Assembly: GCA_030390025.1 (NCBI GenBank)
Contig: CM059433.1
Span: 2,232,001-2,296,000 of the forward strand
Direction of reading: 5' to 3'
From: Squalus acanthias
Taxonomy: Eukaryota
DNA length: 64,000 bases
Below are positions 1 through 12,981 of this stretch, in pieces. The stretch's first letter is position 1; each line of letters starts with the position of its first letter. The notes under the pieces were generated by a model. That model did no database searches. It saw only the letters and a program-made list of their open reading frames with translations, and was not told the origin of the DNA. The translations under genes were made by a program, and so were the position numbers.

Positions 1-1809
1 TCTACAACATTGGAGATCATTTTCACATGTATAACATTAAGTTTGAGAGTGATGTAATCCAATCTGAAACTAAGGTCTTCAATCTAAACAGAGGAAACTA
101 CAAGGGTATGAGGGACAAGTTGGCCATGGTAGATTGGGAGACTACACTAAAAGGTATGAAGGTGGACATACAATGGCTAACATTCAAGGAAATAATGCAT
201 AATTTGCAACAAACATATATTCCTCGAGGGCATAAAAACCCAAAAGGAAAAGTGATCCAACCATGGCTAACAAAAGAAATTAAAGCTAGTATTAAGTCAA
301 AGGAGGAAGCTTATAAAGTTGCCAGAAAAAGCAGTCAGCCTGAGGATTGGGATCTTTTTAGAAATCAGCAAAGGGGGACCAAGAAATTGATAAAGAAAGG
401 GAAAATGGAATATGAGCACAAACTAGCGCAAAATATAAAAGCGGATTGTAAAAGCTTCTATAGGTATGTGAAAAGGAAAAGACTGTAGTTCCTTTACAGT
501 CAAAGACAAGAGAATTTATAATGGGGAATGAGGAAATGGCAGAGAAATTAAATAAATACTTTGTTTCTGTCTTCACGGAGGAAGACACAAAAAACCTCCC
601 AGAAATATGAGAAAACCAAGGGTTGGCGAGAATGAGGAACTTAAAGAAATTATTATTAATAAAAAAACAGTACTTGCAAAATTAATGGGACTAAAAGTCG
701 ACAAATCCCAAGGAGCGGATGACCTACATCCTAGGGTTTTGAAAGAGGTGGCCATTGGGATAGTGGACGCATTGGTTGTCATCTTCCAAAATTCTGTAGA
801 TTCTGGAACGGTTCCTGCAGATTGGAGGATAGCAAATGTAACACCGCTATTTAAGAAAGGAGGGAGAGCGAAAACGGGGAACTACAGACCTGTTAGCCTC
901 ACATCATTAGTTGGGAAAATGCTGGAATCTATTATAAAGGATTCAATAACTGGGCACTTAGAAACTAACAGTAAGATTGGGCGGAGTCAATATGGATTTA
1001 TGAAAGGGAAGTCCTGTTTAACAAACCTATTGGAGTTCTTTGAGGATGTAACTAGTGGAGTAGACAGGGGAACTGGTAGATGTGGTGTATCTGGATTTTC
1101 AGAAGGCCTTCGATAAGGTCCCACACAAGAGGTTGGTGAACAAAATTAGGGCACATGGAATTGGGGGTAATATACTAGCATGGATTGAGAATTGGTTAAC
1201 AGACAGAAAACAAAGAGTAGGGATAAACGGGTCTTTTTCAGGATGGCAGGCTGTGACTAGTGGGGTACCGCAAGGATCGGTGCTTGGGCCCCAGCTATTC
1301 ACAATCTATATCAATGATTTGGATGAGGGGACTAAATGTAACATTTCCAAATTTGCTGATGATACAAAGCTAGGTGGCAGTGGCAGTTGGGAAGAGGCTT
1401 CAAGGGGATCTCGACAGACACAGTGAGTGGGCGAGAACATGGCAGATGGAATATAATGTGGATAAATGTGAAGTTATCCACTTTGGTAGAAAAAACAGAA
1501 AGGCAGAGTATTTCCTAAATGGTGAAAGATTGGGGAATGCAGATGCTCAAAGGGACCTGGGTGTCCTTGTACATGAGTCACTGAAAGTGAATGTGCAGGT
1601 GCAGCAAGCCATTAGGAAGGCAAATGGTATGCTGGCCTTCATTACAAGAAGATTTGAGTGCAGGAGTAAAGAAGTCTTACTCCAATCATATAGGGCCTTG
1701 GTGAGACCACACCTGGAGTACTGTGTACAATTTTGGTCTCCTTAGCTAAGGAAGGATATACTTGCCATAGAGGGAGTGCAACGAAGGTTCACGAGATTGA
1801 TTCCTGGAT

Positions 1810-4697
1810 AGAAACATAGAAGATAGGAGCAGGAGTAGGCCATTCAGCCCCTCGAGCCTGCTCTGCCATTCGATGAGATCATGGCTGATCATCCAAACAC
1901 AGTACCCTGTACCTGCCTTCTCCCCATATCCCTTGATACCTTTAGCTTTAAGAAATATATCTAACTCATTCTTGAATATATTTAATGACTTGGCCTCAAC
2001 TACCTTCTGTGGTAGAGAATTCCACAGGTTCACCACTCTCTAGGTGAAGAAATTCTTCCTCATTTCTGTCCTAAAAGGCTTACCCCTTATCCTTAGATTA
2101 TGACCCCTGGTTCTGGACTCTCCGACCATCAGGAACATTCTTCCTGCATCTAGTTTGTCCAGACATGTCAGAATTGTATATGTTTCGATGAGATCCCCTC
2201 TCATTCTTCTATACTCCAGCGAGTATAAGCCCAATCGACCCAATCTCTCCTCATATGTCATTCCTGCCATCCCAGGTATCAGCCTTGTGAATCTTCGCTG
2301 AACTCCTTCCATGGCAAGAACATCCTTCCTCAGATAAGGCGACCAAAACTGCACACAGTACTCAAGGTGTGGTCTCACCAAGGCCCTGTACAACTGCAGC
2401 AGGACATCCCTGTTCCTATACTCAAACCCTTTCGCTATGAAGGCCAGCATACCATTTGCCTTCTTCACCGCCTGCTGCACCTGCATGCTTACCTTCAGCG
2501 ACTGGTGCACAAGGACACCCAGGTCTCGTTGCACTTCCCCTTCTCCCAATCTATTGCCATTCAGATAATAGTCTGCCTTTCTGGTTTTGACACCAAAGTG
2601 GATAACCTCGCATTTATCCACGTTATATTACATCTGCCACGCTTCTGCCCACTCACCCAACCTGTCCAAATCATCCTGGAGTTTCTCGGTATCCTCCTCG
2701 CAGCACACACGCCCACCCAGCTTTGTGTCATCTGCAAACTTGGAGATATTACATTTAGTTCCCTTATCTAGATCATTAATGTATATTGTGAATAGCTGGG
2801 GTCCAAGGACCGATCCCTGCGGTACCCCACTAGTCACTGCCTGCCACTTGGAAAAAGACCCATTAATTCCTACTCTCTGCTTTCTGTCCGCCAACCAGTT
2901 CTCTATCCAAGTCAATACCTTGCCCCCAATCCCATGTGCCTTAACTTTACACGCTAATCTCTTACGCGGGACCTTATCGAAAGCCTTTTGAAAGTCCAAA
3001 TACACCACATCTACTGGTTCTCCCTTATCTATTTTCCCAGTTACATCCTCAAAAAATTTCCAGTAGATTAGTCAAGCACGATTTACCTTTTGTAAATCCA
3101 TGTTGACTTTGTCCGATCCTGTCACTGTTTTTCAAGTGCTCAGCTATTACATCCTTTATAATGGACTCTAGCATTTTCCCCACTACCGATGTCAGGCTTA
3201 CCGGTCTGTAATTCCCTGCTTTCTCTCTACCACCCGTTTTGAATAGTGGGGTAATATTAGCTACCCTCCAATCCATGGGTACAGTTCCAGATTCCATCGA
3301 ATGTTGGAAGATGATCAGCAATGCATCTACTATTTCTAGGGCCACATCCTTAAGTACCCTAGGATGTAGATTATCAGGCCCTGGGGATTTATCGGCCTTC
3401 AAGCCCGTCAATTTCCCTAACACCATTTCCCTGCAAATACTGATTTCTTTCAGTTCCTCCCTTTCATCAGACCCTATGTTCTCCAACATCTCTGGGAGGT
3501 TATTTGTGCCCTCCTTTGTGAAGACAGAACCAAAATATGCATTTAATTGGTCTGCCATTTCTTTGTTCCCCATTATAATTTCCCCTGCTTCTGACTGCAA
3601 GGGACCTACACTTGATTTCACTAATCTTTTTCTCTTCACATATCTATAAAAGCTCTTAGTCAGTTTTTATGTTCCCTGCAAGCTTACTTTCATATTCTAT
3701 ATTCCCCTTCTTAATTAATCCCTTTGTCCTCCTTTGTTGAATCCTAAACTGCTCCCAATCCTCAGGGTTACTGCTTTTTCTAGCAATTTATTTGCCCTCT
3801 CCTTTGATCTTATGCTATCCCTAATTTCCCTTGTTAGCCACGGTTGACTCACCCTTTTTGTTTTATTCTTATGCCACACTGGGATGAACAAATTCTGTAG
3901 TTCATCCATGCAGTCTTTGAATGTTTGCCCTTGCCTATCCACCGTCAACCTTTTGAGTGACATTCCCCAATCAACCCTACCCAATTCGCGCCTCATACCA
4001 TCGTAGTTTCCTTTATTTAAATTCAGGACCCTAGTCTTTGATTCAACTACTTCACTCTCCATCCTAATGAAGAATTCTATCATATTATGATCACTCTGAC
4101 CCAAGGGGCCTCGTACAACAAGATTGCTAATTAATCCTTTCTCGTTACATAATACCCAGTCTAAGATGGCCTGATCTCTGGTTGGTTCCTCGACATATTG
4201 TTCCAGAAAACCATCCCGTATACATTCTAGGAATTCCTCCTCCACAGTATTTTTACTAATTTGGTTAGCCCAATCTATATGTAAATTAAAGTCACCCATG
4301 ATGACTGCTGTGCCTTTACTGCATGCTTCTCTAATTTCCCTTTTAATGCCGTCCCCAACCTTGGTATTACTGTTTGGAGGTCGATATACCACTCCCACTA
4401 ACCTTTTCTGCCCCTTGTTATTACTCCGTTCTACCCATACAGATTCCGCATCATCAGAGTTACTATCCTTCCTTTCAATTGTGTTTATCCCCTCTTTAAC
4501 CAGCAATGCTACCCTTCCTCCCTTTCTTTTTTGCCTATCTTTCCTAAATATTGAATACCCCTGGATGTTGAGTTCCCATCCTTGGCCACCCTGGAGCCAT
4601 GTTTCTGTAATCCCAATCAAATCGTATTCATTTACCTCTATTTGCGCAGCTAATTCATCCACCTTGTTCCGAATGCTCCTTGCATTAAGACACAAAG
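1810..4697 (-). mobile_element. 5'-truncated CR1 LINE (APE + RT, several stops/frameshifts)
   Basis: ORFs 3715-4695 (LNARSIRNK, ITETWL, YRPP, GDFN, SDH), 3049-3639, 2628-3008 (FADD) and 2040-2621. Tail CCTATCTTCTATGTTTCT at 1810. Confidence 0.93.
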
Positions 4698-5081
4698 CCT
4701 GTCATATGAGAAGAGATTGAGTAAACTAGGCCTGTATTCTCTTGAATTCAGAAGAATGAGAGGGGATCTCATTGAAGCATACAAAATTATTACAGGGCTT
4801 GATAGGATGGATGCTGGGAGAATGTTTCCATTGGCTGGGGAGTCTAGAACCAGGGGCCATAGCCTCAGGATAAAGGGTAGGCCATTCAGGATTGAGATGA
4901 GAAGAAATTTCTTCACACAGTGGGTGATGGATCTTTGGAATTCTCTACCCCAGAGGGCTGTGGAGGCTCAGTCATTGGGTATATTCAAAACAGAAGTCGA
5001 TAGATTTCTGACTAGTAAAGGCATCAAGGGATATGGCGATAGGGCCGGTGAATGGAGTTGAGGCAGAAGATCAGCCATGAT

Positions 5082-6445
5082 AGAAAACATAGAAGATAGG
5101 AGCAGGAGTAGGCCATTCGGCCCCTCGAGCCTCTTCCGCCATTTAATGAGATCATGGCTGATCATCCAAATTCAGTACCCTGTCCCTGCTTTCTCCCCAT
5201 ATCCCTTGATCCCTTTAGCCTTAAGAAATATATCTAACTCCTTCTTGAATATATTTAATGAATTGGCCTCAACTGCCTTCTGTGGTAGAGAATTCCACAG
5301 GTTCACCACTCTCTGGGTGAAGAAATTCCTCCTCATCTCAGTCCTAAATGGCTTACCCCTTATCCTTAGACTGTGACCCCCTGGTTCTGGACTCCCCCTC
5401 CATCAGGAACATCCTTCCTGCATCTAGTCTGTCTAGTCCTGTTAGAATTTTATAAGTTTCAATGAGATCCCCTTTCATTCTTCTAAACTCTAGCGAATAT
5501 AAGCCTAATCGACCCAATCTCTCTTCATACGTCATTCCTGCCATCCCAGGTATCAGTCTGGTGAATCTTCGCTGCACTCCCTCCATGGCAAGAACATCCT
5601 TCCTCAGATAAGGCGACCAAAACTGCACACAATACTGAAGGTGTGGTCTCACCAAGGCCCTGTATAACTGCAGCAATACATCCTTGCTCCTCTACTGGAA
5701 TCCTCTCGCTGTGAAGGCCAACATACCATTTGCCTTCTTAACCGCCTGCTGCACCTGCATGCTTACCTTCAGCGACTGGTGCACAAGGACACCCAGGTCT
5801 CGTTGCACTTCCCCTTTTCCCAATCTATTGCCGTTCAGATAATCTGTCTTCCTGTTTTTGCCACCAAAGTGGATAACCTCGCATTTATCCACATTATATT
5901 GCATCTGCCCAATCACCCAACCTGTCCAAACCATACTGGGGTTTCTCTGCATCCTCCTCACAGCACACACGCCCACCCAGCTTTGTGTCGTCTGCAAACT
6001 TGGAGATATTACATCTAGTTCCCTCGTCTAGATCATTAATATATATTGTGAATAGCTGGAGTCCTAGCACCAATCCCTGCGGTACCCCACTAGTCACTGC
6101 CTGCCACTCGGAAAAAGACCCGTTTATTCCAACTCTTTGCTTCCTGTCTGCCAACCAGTTCTCTATCCAAGTCAGTACCTCACCCCCAATCCCATGTGCT
6201 TTAACTTTGCACGCTAATCTCTTATGCGGGACCTTATCGAAAGCCTTCTGAAAGTCCAAATACACCACATCCACTGGTTCTCCCTTATCTATTCTACCAG
6301 TTACATCCTCAGAAAATTCCAGTAGATTAGTCAAGCATGATTTACCTTTTGTAAATCCATGTTGACTTTGTCCGATCCTATCACTGTTTTCCAAGTGCTC
6401 TGCTATTACATCCTTTATAATGGACTCTAGCATTTTCCCCACTAC
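5082..6445 (-). mobile_element. 5'-truncated CR1 LINE (RT + 3' tail), same subfamily as 1810-4697
   Basis: RT motifs in 5894-6631 and 5353-5676. Same CTATCTTCTATGTT tail. TGAT lies at both junctions (TSD or microhomology). Confidence 0.92.
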
Positions 6446-7723
6446 TGATCTCATTGAATGGCGGAGCAGGCTCGAAGGGCCGAATGGCCTACTCCTGCTC
6501 CTATTTCTTATGTTCTTATTAACAATGTAAAATTTCCCAAAGTAAGCAGTGATATATTGAGTCAAAGGTTGCTTCAAACTCACTAATGTTAAGGAAAAGC
6601 ATGTTGCACTGCTCAATGATCTTTCAAACATAAAAAATATATTTTGTACAAAAAAGTGATAGATTTCTAAAATCTACTAATATCTGTGGGAATCTGGGTT
6701 TTGATTCCTGACGATGAAAAAATAAATATAAATTTTATACCTGGAAAAGAAGTTTGTATTTGTTGCATTTACTATTCCAAAAGGATGGTAGATTTATCTG
6801 CTAATATGCTGAACTGAAACTTTTTCTTTACAATAATAAATAACCAAAACATAGCCAACGTGCCTGGACTCTCAGTTGCTTAGACTCACTTTCATCGTTG
6901 ATCTTACTCTAAAGTAACTCCAAGTTGATTTAATTGGTCACAAAGGAAGCCTGCGGCCTAATACAGAAATCTGGCAGCTATCTCTCTGCCCTTTCACCCT
7001 CTCCCATAGCTGGCTCAAATCCTAGGCAGCAGCGTATCCCGCACTGCCTCAAATATTCTGCAGTGATTGGCTGAGGAAACCTGAAAATAAAAATCCAGTC
7101 TGCACATATGAGTTCTTGATGCAGTGGTTAAGGTAAGAGAGATAGCAGGGGGACAAGATCAAGGCCGCTACTCCAGTGCCATACTGGGGGAGTCCTGCTT
7201 CTCACAGGTGTTCTCCTTTGGATTACATGTCTGCCTGTTCTGTGTTTCTAGCAAGTGCAAGGATATCTGATTCAAAGCAAATTTACCCTTTTAATACAGA
7301 ATGATACTTGAATTTCTTTAAATCAGGAGTGAATGTGAATGGCTTGTTACAGGTCTCTGTTTAAATCTGGTAAGCATTTGACTACCTAGCAAAAAAAAAA
7401 CCTACTCTGAATATTCATCAGTGCTCAAACCTGTTTTCATTCCCTGGTGTATTATTAAATTCATCAGTGCATGTAAGTCTGAGGCTGTTATCTCAAGAAC
7501 TGATGACTGTAAAATATCAGGATAATGGGTATAAGAAACATAAAGTACAGTTAATCATTGATTGTTAAGCTGCTTATGCCTTCATCTAAGTTTTACATTT
7601 ATGTGTACTTACCCAGCATACTTAATAATAATTATGTAACGTATAAATGATTTATAACCAAAGTCAGGTTTTTTTTTTAAATCATAAATTAATTTAACTA
7701 CTTGGATTACACAAAGATTGTAG

Positions 7724-8885
7724 GTGATAGCTTGGTTCAGCTGGTCGCACTCTCACCTCTGGATCAGAGGTCATGGGTTTGAGCCCTTCTCCCAGACTTG
7801 AGCACAAGATCAAGGCTCCTACTCCAGTGCCATACTGGGGGAGTCCTGCATTGTCACAGGCTTGTCCTTTCAATTAAATGTCTGCCTGTTCCTGTGTTTC
7901 AGGTGAGCATCAAAGATCCCATTACACTATTCAAAAAAAAAAAAGTTCAGGGAGTTCTCCCAGTTTCCTTGCCAACCTTTCCATCCTCAACCAACGGCGT
8001 TAAAAACATTGGCCCAAAAATTCGTGAGGAAGCCTTCGTGCGAGGGTAAGGCTTCCCCGCGATCTCTCACTGCGTGTTGGCTTTTTCAGTTCCAGCTCGC
8101 ACGAACTTGATGTTCTGGACAGCTGCTGTGCTGGGCTTGCGTATCCCACAGGCGTAGTTAATTCGTGCGAGCTGTGGGATCACGTGACTCAGTTAGAGCC
8201 AATGGCAGCACACCATCTTCCATTCATAACTTTCACACAAGTGCTGTGAAAGCTATGAATCTATACCCCCCAAAAGAACAGCTAAACCTCAATTAAATTT
8301 TTTTTTAAAACCATCACATTAATAAAATAAGTATAGTTAAATAAATTAACCATTTTAAATAAAAAATTAAATTTTTGAAAAAATTTAAATCTTTTAAAAA
8401 GTTATAAAAATAAACTTACCTGTCTTTAAAGTCTCTAAAAAAGATATACCTGTTAAAAAAAAATTCAAAATAATACTTAATTCACTGCTTACCTTGTTAA
8501 AAGTGGGTCTTACTCCTTTTTTTATGTGTAAAATCTTCCGTACTTACCTGCGCGTTGAAACCACTAAGTGCACTGCATGCGCGCAGCCTGTAGCGCGCAC
8601 GCGGTTCAGTTAGGAACCGCCCCCTTTTCCATTCACCCAGTGCCGGTTTTCAGCGCATGCGCAGTGCATGCAGAAAACCGGCAATTGGAGACAGAATACG
8701 CGAGAGTACACAGTGCGTACTCTCGCGTAGCGGCACTAATTTTTGGGCCATTAACTGGTCATCCGTCTGATTGCTGTTTGTAGCACCCTGATGTGTGCAT
8801 AATAGTTGGCATGTTTCCTTCACAGTAACTTCTTCTACATGAAGTGCTTTGAGATGTGATCAGCTGCTGTAGATGCAAGCCTTTC
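7724..8885 (+). mobile_element. tRNA-headed Deu-domain SINE (SacSINE1-like), interrupted by a MITE
   Basis: Degenerate tRNA head. Body CAGGGAGTTCTCCC...CCTCAACCAAC resembles the copies at 29945-30392 and 43379-43797 and resumes after 8752. Confidence 0.75.
8011..8749. mobile_element. PIF/Harbinger-type MITE
   Basis: TIR GGCCCAAAAATTCGTG vs reverse complement of right end GGCCCAAAAATTAGTG (15/16). 3-bp TSD ATT on both sides. Confidence 0.88.
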
Positions 8886-8999
8886 TTTTTCTTTAGATAC
8901 AAATATACTAAACTGGCTTTCGGATGCAGAAAGCAGAGCTGGCTCAGCACTGCTACACAGACACAGCACGTTCAATGTGCTTTCACTTCTCCCCAGAAT

Positions 9000-10360
9000 A
9001 TCCATTCACTTACAAACCAGGGCCCTCCCATCCCCATGACCTTATTGTGGGTGACTGCACTGACATCATGGCTTGAAACTTGGCTCACTGGTGGTAACAG
9101 CTTGCCCCTTGTTGAAGCCTCGCTGCCCCTTGCTGAAGCCTCGCTGCCCCTTGCTGAAGCCTCGCTGCCCCTTGCTGAAGCCTCGCTGCCCCGGCTGAAG
9201 CCTCGCTGCCCCCGGCTATGCTCTCTACCATCTGCCCTGGCGAACTGCCATGGTAGCAGTGTGGCTTTTATCACTAAAGCACACCTTGGTCTCTCCTACT
9301 CTGGCAACTTCTCCTCCTTTGAGCACCTTTTCTTGCTTCACCCCCTCTCACCTCTCTTAAAATCGTCATTCTGTACTGGTCACACAAGCCTCATCCCGAG
9401 TTTCTCTCTGAGATAGCCCCCTCCTTTCCTGCACTGAGTGACTCCTCATCCTCGGTGATTTTAATTTCTAGGTCAACTCCCCTTATCCTCTCTTCTATGA
9501 TTTCATTGCCTTTCTGTCTTCCCTTAATCTCTTCTTCCATACAAACCCATATTCGCAACCACCCCCTCGAGCTTGCCATCTTATGTGGCTCTTCTACACA
9601 CACAGTCTTGATCACAGACAAGGCCATCTCTGACCACTTCCGTGTATCTCTCTCAATTCGTAAAACCCCTGCCCCCCTTCAAACCCCACTTCCTTCTGTA
9701 TTCACTCATGAAATAAACTTTCTCCCAAGCCACTGTTCACAATCTCAGCATTCTAATCAACCCCGAGCTCAGCTCCTGACCCCACATCCTCTCCATCACA
9801 AAGACTGCCTATTTCCACTTCCGTATCACCTGCCTCCGCCCCTGCTGCTGAAACTCTCATCCATGCCTTTTGTCATTTTCAGATCCAACTATTCCAACGC
9901 TGTCCTGGCCAGCCACTCGTCCTCCGCCCTTTGTAAACTTCAGCTCATCCAAAACTCTGCCCGTACCTTGTCCCGCTCACCCATCACTCCTGTCCCCCAA
10001 CACCTCCAATTTAAAAATTCTCATCCTTGTGTTTAAATGCCTTAATGGCCTCACCCCTACCTATCTCTGCAACCTCTTCTAGCCCTACAACTCTTTCCCC
10101 CACCCCCCCAATAACTCTCCATCCTTTCAACTCTGGCCTCTTATGCATTCCTCTGGAATTCCCTCCTTAAAACTTCAACCACCCTCTCCTCTTTCAGGAC
10201 CCTCCTTAAAGCTCACTTGTTTGATCAAGCTTTTGGTTACAAACCTCCCCCCCCCACCAACATAGCCTCCTTTGGCTCAGCATCCTTGTTTTCCGATTCT
10301 GACTGTGAAACTCCCTGTGATGCTCTTCTATATTAAAGGCGTTATATACATGCAAGTTGT
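9000..10360 (+). mobile_element. Degenerate, internally deleted L2 LINE
   Basis: ETWL and SDH APE remnants, DYSN-like/KLQLIQNSA C-terminal remnant, and an L2-type tail AAGGCGTTATATACATGCAAGTTGT. Confidence 0.7.
9103..9217. repeat. 21-bp tandem repeat (~5 copies) inside L2
   Basis: GCCCCTTGCTGAAGCCTCGCT repeated. Confidence 0.9.
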
Positions 10361-10483
10361 AGAGTAGGCGGAAGAGAAAGAGTTATGGTTTGATGAGAGT
10401 TGAGCCTTCAGTAACTAATAAAATAGTAATTTTTCAATAGACCGTACTGAAAATGGATACTCATCATGTTTTTCTTCCTCCAG

Positions 10484-10759
10484 ATTGATGCTTCCAGTTG
10501 TGATTCAGAGCTGCTTTCCTTGCTGGTGAACAAGAAATTAGTGGTGGACTGTGTCTCTACTGTTTTCTACCCTCACCTTATAAAACATCTTCTGGCCAAT
10601 CATGAGGAGGGACAGTACAGTGTTGCTGAGATAGCAGAACAATTGAATCGAGCTGGCTGCACTGCAGAGGGAGGTTCTCTCATGATGGCTCACAGGGCAA
10701 CACATCCATCCTTAAGTACGTTTAGTGCTGCACTAAGTGTTACGAAGAGGTGGTTATGA
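10484..10759 (+). CDS. NBAS: Terminal coding exon of NBAS (neuroblastoma-amplified sequence, NRZ tethering complex subunit)
   Basis: Polypyrimidine tract + CAG acceptor (10469-10483), phase 0. IDASSCDSELLSLLVNKKLVVDCVSTVFYPHLIKHLLA...AEGGSLMMAHRATHPSLSTFSAALSVTKRWL* matches the vertebrate NBAS C-terminus as recalled (human CDQELLSLLLDAKLLVKCVSTPFYP...GTHQAFRTFSTALRAAQHWV). Confidence 0.9.
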   Translation: MDASSCDSELLSLLVNKKLVVDCVSTVFYPHLIKHLLANHEEGQYSVAEIAEQLNRAGCTAEGGSLMMAHRATHPSLSTFSAALSVTKRWL

Positions 10760-11007
10760 AAGGATTGTGCCGTCACAAAGTATATTTTGTTCAGTGTCTC
10801 AATAGAAAAGTTGCAAGAAAAAAACAAAGCACGGACTTCCTGCCCTACTCCTCGTCAATCGGATGCTGGGATAGAGGTTAACATGACTGTAATTTCTATC
10901 TGGAAATGTTCTTGCTTCTGGCATTCAGTCCATAATATGACTGTGGTTGTGTAAGCAACTTTCCAACTGTGCATTATTGAAAATTAGAATTGAGAAACTC
11001 TTCAATT

Positions 11008-11118
11008 AATAAAAAAAATAACAAGGACTAATTTTAAAAATGTTATGCCCCAGTAGTGTACTTCAATGCACTTCTACAATTGTCATTGTGAAATAGTGTA
11101 TTAAAATTTTCAAATAAA
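11008..11118 (+). terminator. Candidate NBAS polyadenylation signals
   Basis: AATAAA at 11008-11013 and 11113-11118. The distal one is followed by a T/GT-rich tract. Confidence 0.6.
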
Positions 11119-12491
11119 GTTGCAATTTTACATGTGTGGAATTATTTCAAATTTTCTTAATTCTACATCCTCCGCACACCATGAGAGTCTGTCTCCCCAA
11201 TCAAAAATGTCACTAATGCTGACATATGGCCACCTGTTCTCATTTCTTATAAAGGCAGGCACTGCACCTGAGCAACAAGTTCAGTTTTACCTCCGTGCGA
11301 ACACTGAGCTTGTTGCTCTTATCATTTACTTTTTCAATTCTTGGGCATAGCTCATGAAGTTTATGCTTAATCTAGCCCTTTTCAAGGGGCACTAATAAGG
11401 AAAAATAAATTGACTTTCTTTGACTTCAATATTCTAACCCATTCTTGAATGGAAAATATGGCTGTAATAACCCTGATGGAGGGTTTCAAACATTGCAAAG
11501 ATTGTAATAGCCCATTCACAGATGGTAACAAAAAATGCATAAAATGTCTGCCTCTAAGTCACACAATCATTAATTGCATTGTGTGCCTTGGTCTCTTTCA
11601 ACTTCATCCTCAGCTATTTCAACGCCATTCTTAGAGTACACGTGTCTTTTTTTTCTTTCTGTGCGTAGCTCTTTATGTTAAATTTCATCTGCCATTGTTC
11701 TGCCCACTTGCATATCTTTCCCAACTCATTGTGTAATATTTGATGCCTCCTTCGATTCCACTGTCCCTCTTAATTTGGTATCATCTGCAAATTTTACCAC
11801 TTTGCATTGAGTTTCTGAATCCAGGTTATTTATGTGAATTAGAAACAGTCGTGGTTCCGGCACCGAGCCCTGAGAAACCCCACCACGTATTTACCCTCAC
11901 TGTGGCATAGCTCTTCTAACAAGTACTTATTGTTTCATACCTTCAACCAGTTTCTTAACTATTCCCAGGGTTTACCCAGAATCCCCACGGCTTTGAGTGT
12001 AATTAATAGCATTTTGGAAATCAAGGTACATCATGTCACTTCCACAAAGAGGTCTAGGAGGTTGGTCAAGCAGAACCTTCTGAATCCATGCTGATTGCTG
12101 TTAACTCGGTAATTGTTGTGCTGATGAACCTCAAGTTTACTTCTGATAATTGATTCCGTTATTTTACATGGAATAGAGTTGCCTGTCTTTATTTTGTCAC
12201 CGTTTTTGAATACGATGTCTAAATTAGCCTGCTTATAATCTTTTACGTCCTCCCTGGTGTCTAGTGACTCACCTGTAATGATTATCAGTCCCAATACTGA
12301 CCCCTGGGGAACACTGCTGTATACTTTCCTCCAGTCTGAAAAACATCTGTTCACCACTACTCTCTGCTTTCTGTCCCTTAGCCCATTTTGCATCCATGCT
12401 GTGACTGTCCATTTAATCCCATGGGTTTTAATTTTGCTCACAAGCCTATTATGTGGTACTTAGTCAAACGCATTTTGAAATTCCATGTACA

Positions 12492-12668
12492 CCTCATCAA
12501 CCTCACTCCTCTCATCAACCTCACTCCCCTCATCAACCGCACTCCCCTCATCAACCGCACTCCCCTCATCAACCTCACTCCCCTCATCAACCACATCAAC
12601 CTCACTCCCCTCATCAACCTCACTCCTCTCATCAATCACATCAACCTCACTCCTCTCATCAACCCTCT
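12492..12668. repeat. 18-bp tandem expansion derived from CR1 RT coding sequence
   Basis: CCTCATCAACCTCACTCC units amplify the DEGSAV-encoding segment. Confidence 0.9.
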
Positions 12669-12981
12669 CCATTACTTCAAATAATTTGATCAAGTTAGTC
12701 AAACATGATTTGTCTAACAAATCCGTGCTGACTTTCATTTACTAACCCTTACTTTTCCAAATGCCAATTAATTTTGTCCCTGATTATTGTCTGTAAAAGT
12801 TTCCCCACTACTGACATTTGGCTGACTAGCCTGTAGTTGCTGGGTTTATCCCTCCTTTATTAAACTGGGTGTAACATTTGCAATCCTTTAGTCCCCTAGC
12901 ACCGCCCCATATCCAAGGAGGATTGGAAGATTGTGGCCAGAGCTTCCGCAATTTCCACCCTTGGGGATGCATCACATGCGG

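Larger units (their letters stand above)
1..6519 (+). mobile_element. CR1 (HER1-like) LINE, degenerate ORF2 plus 3' tail, split into three pieces (1-1809, 4698-5081, 6446-6519) by two antisense CR1 insertions
   Basis: Frameshifted ORF2 pieces carry [29 protein letters not shown] and FADD. The sequence resumes collinearly after each insertion and ends in CTCCTGCTCCTATTTCTTATGTTCTTAT. Confidence 0.92.

Noticed and set aside
6930..7250. Possible LF-SINE or other SINE remnants
   Set aside because: Similarity too short and degenerate to call by eye.
10466..10483. ATG start of the 97 aa ORF
   Set aside because: MFFFLQ is the intronic polypyrimidine tract and acceptor; the exon starts at 10484.
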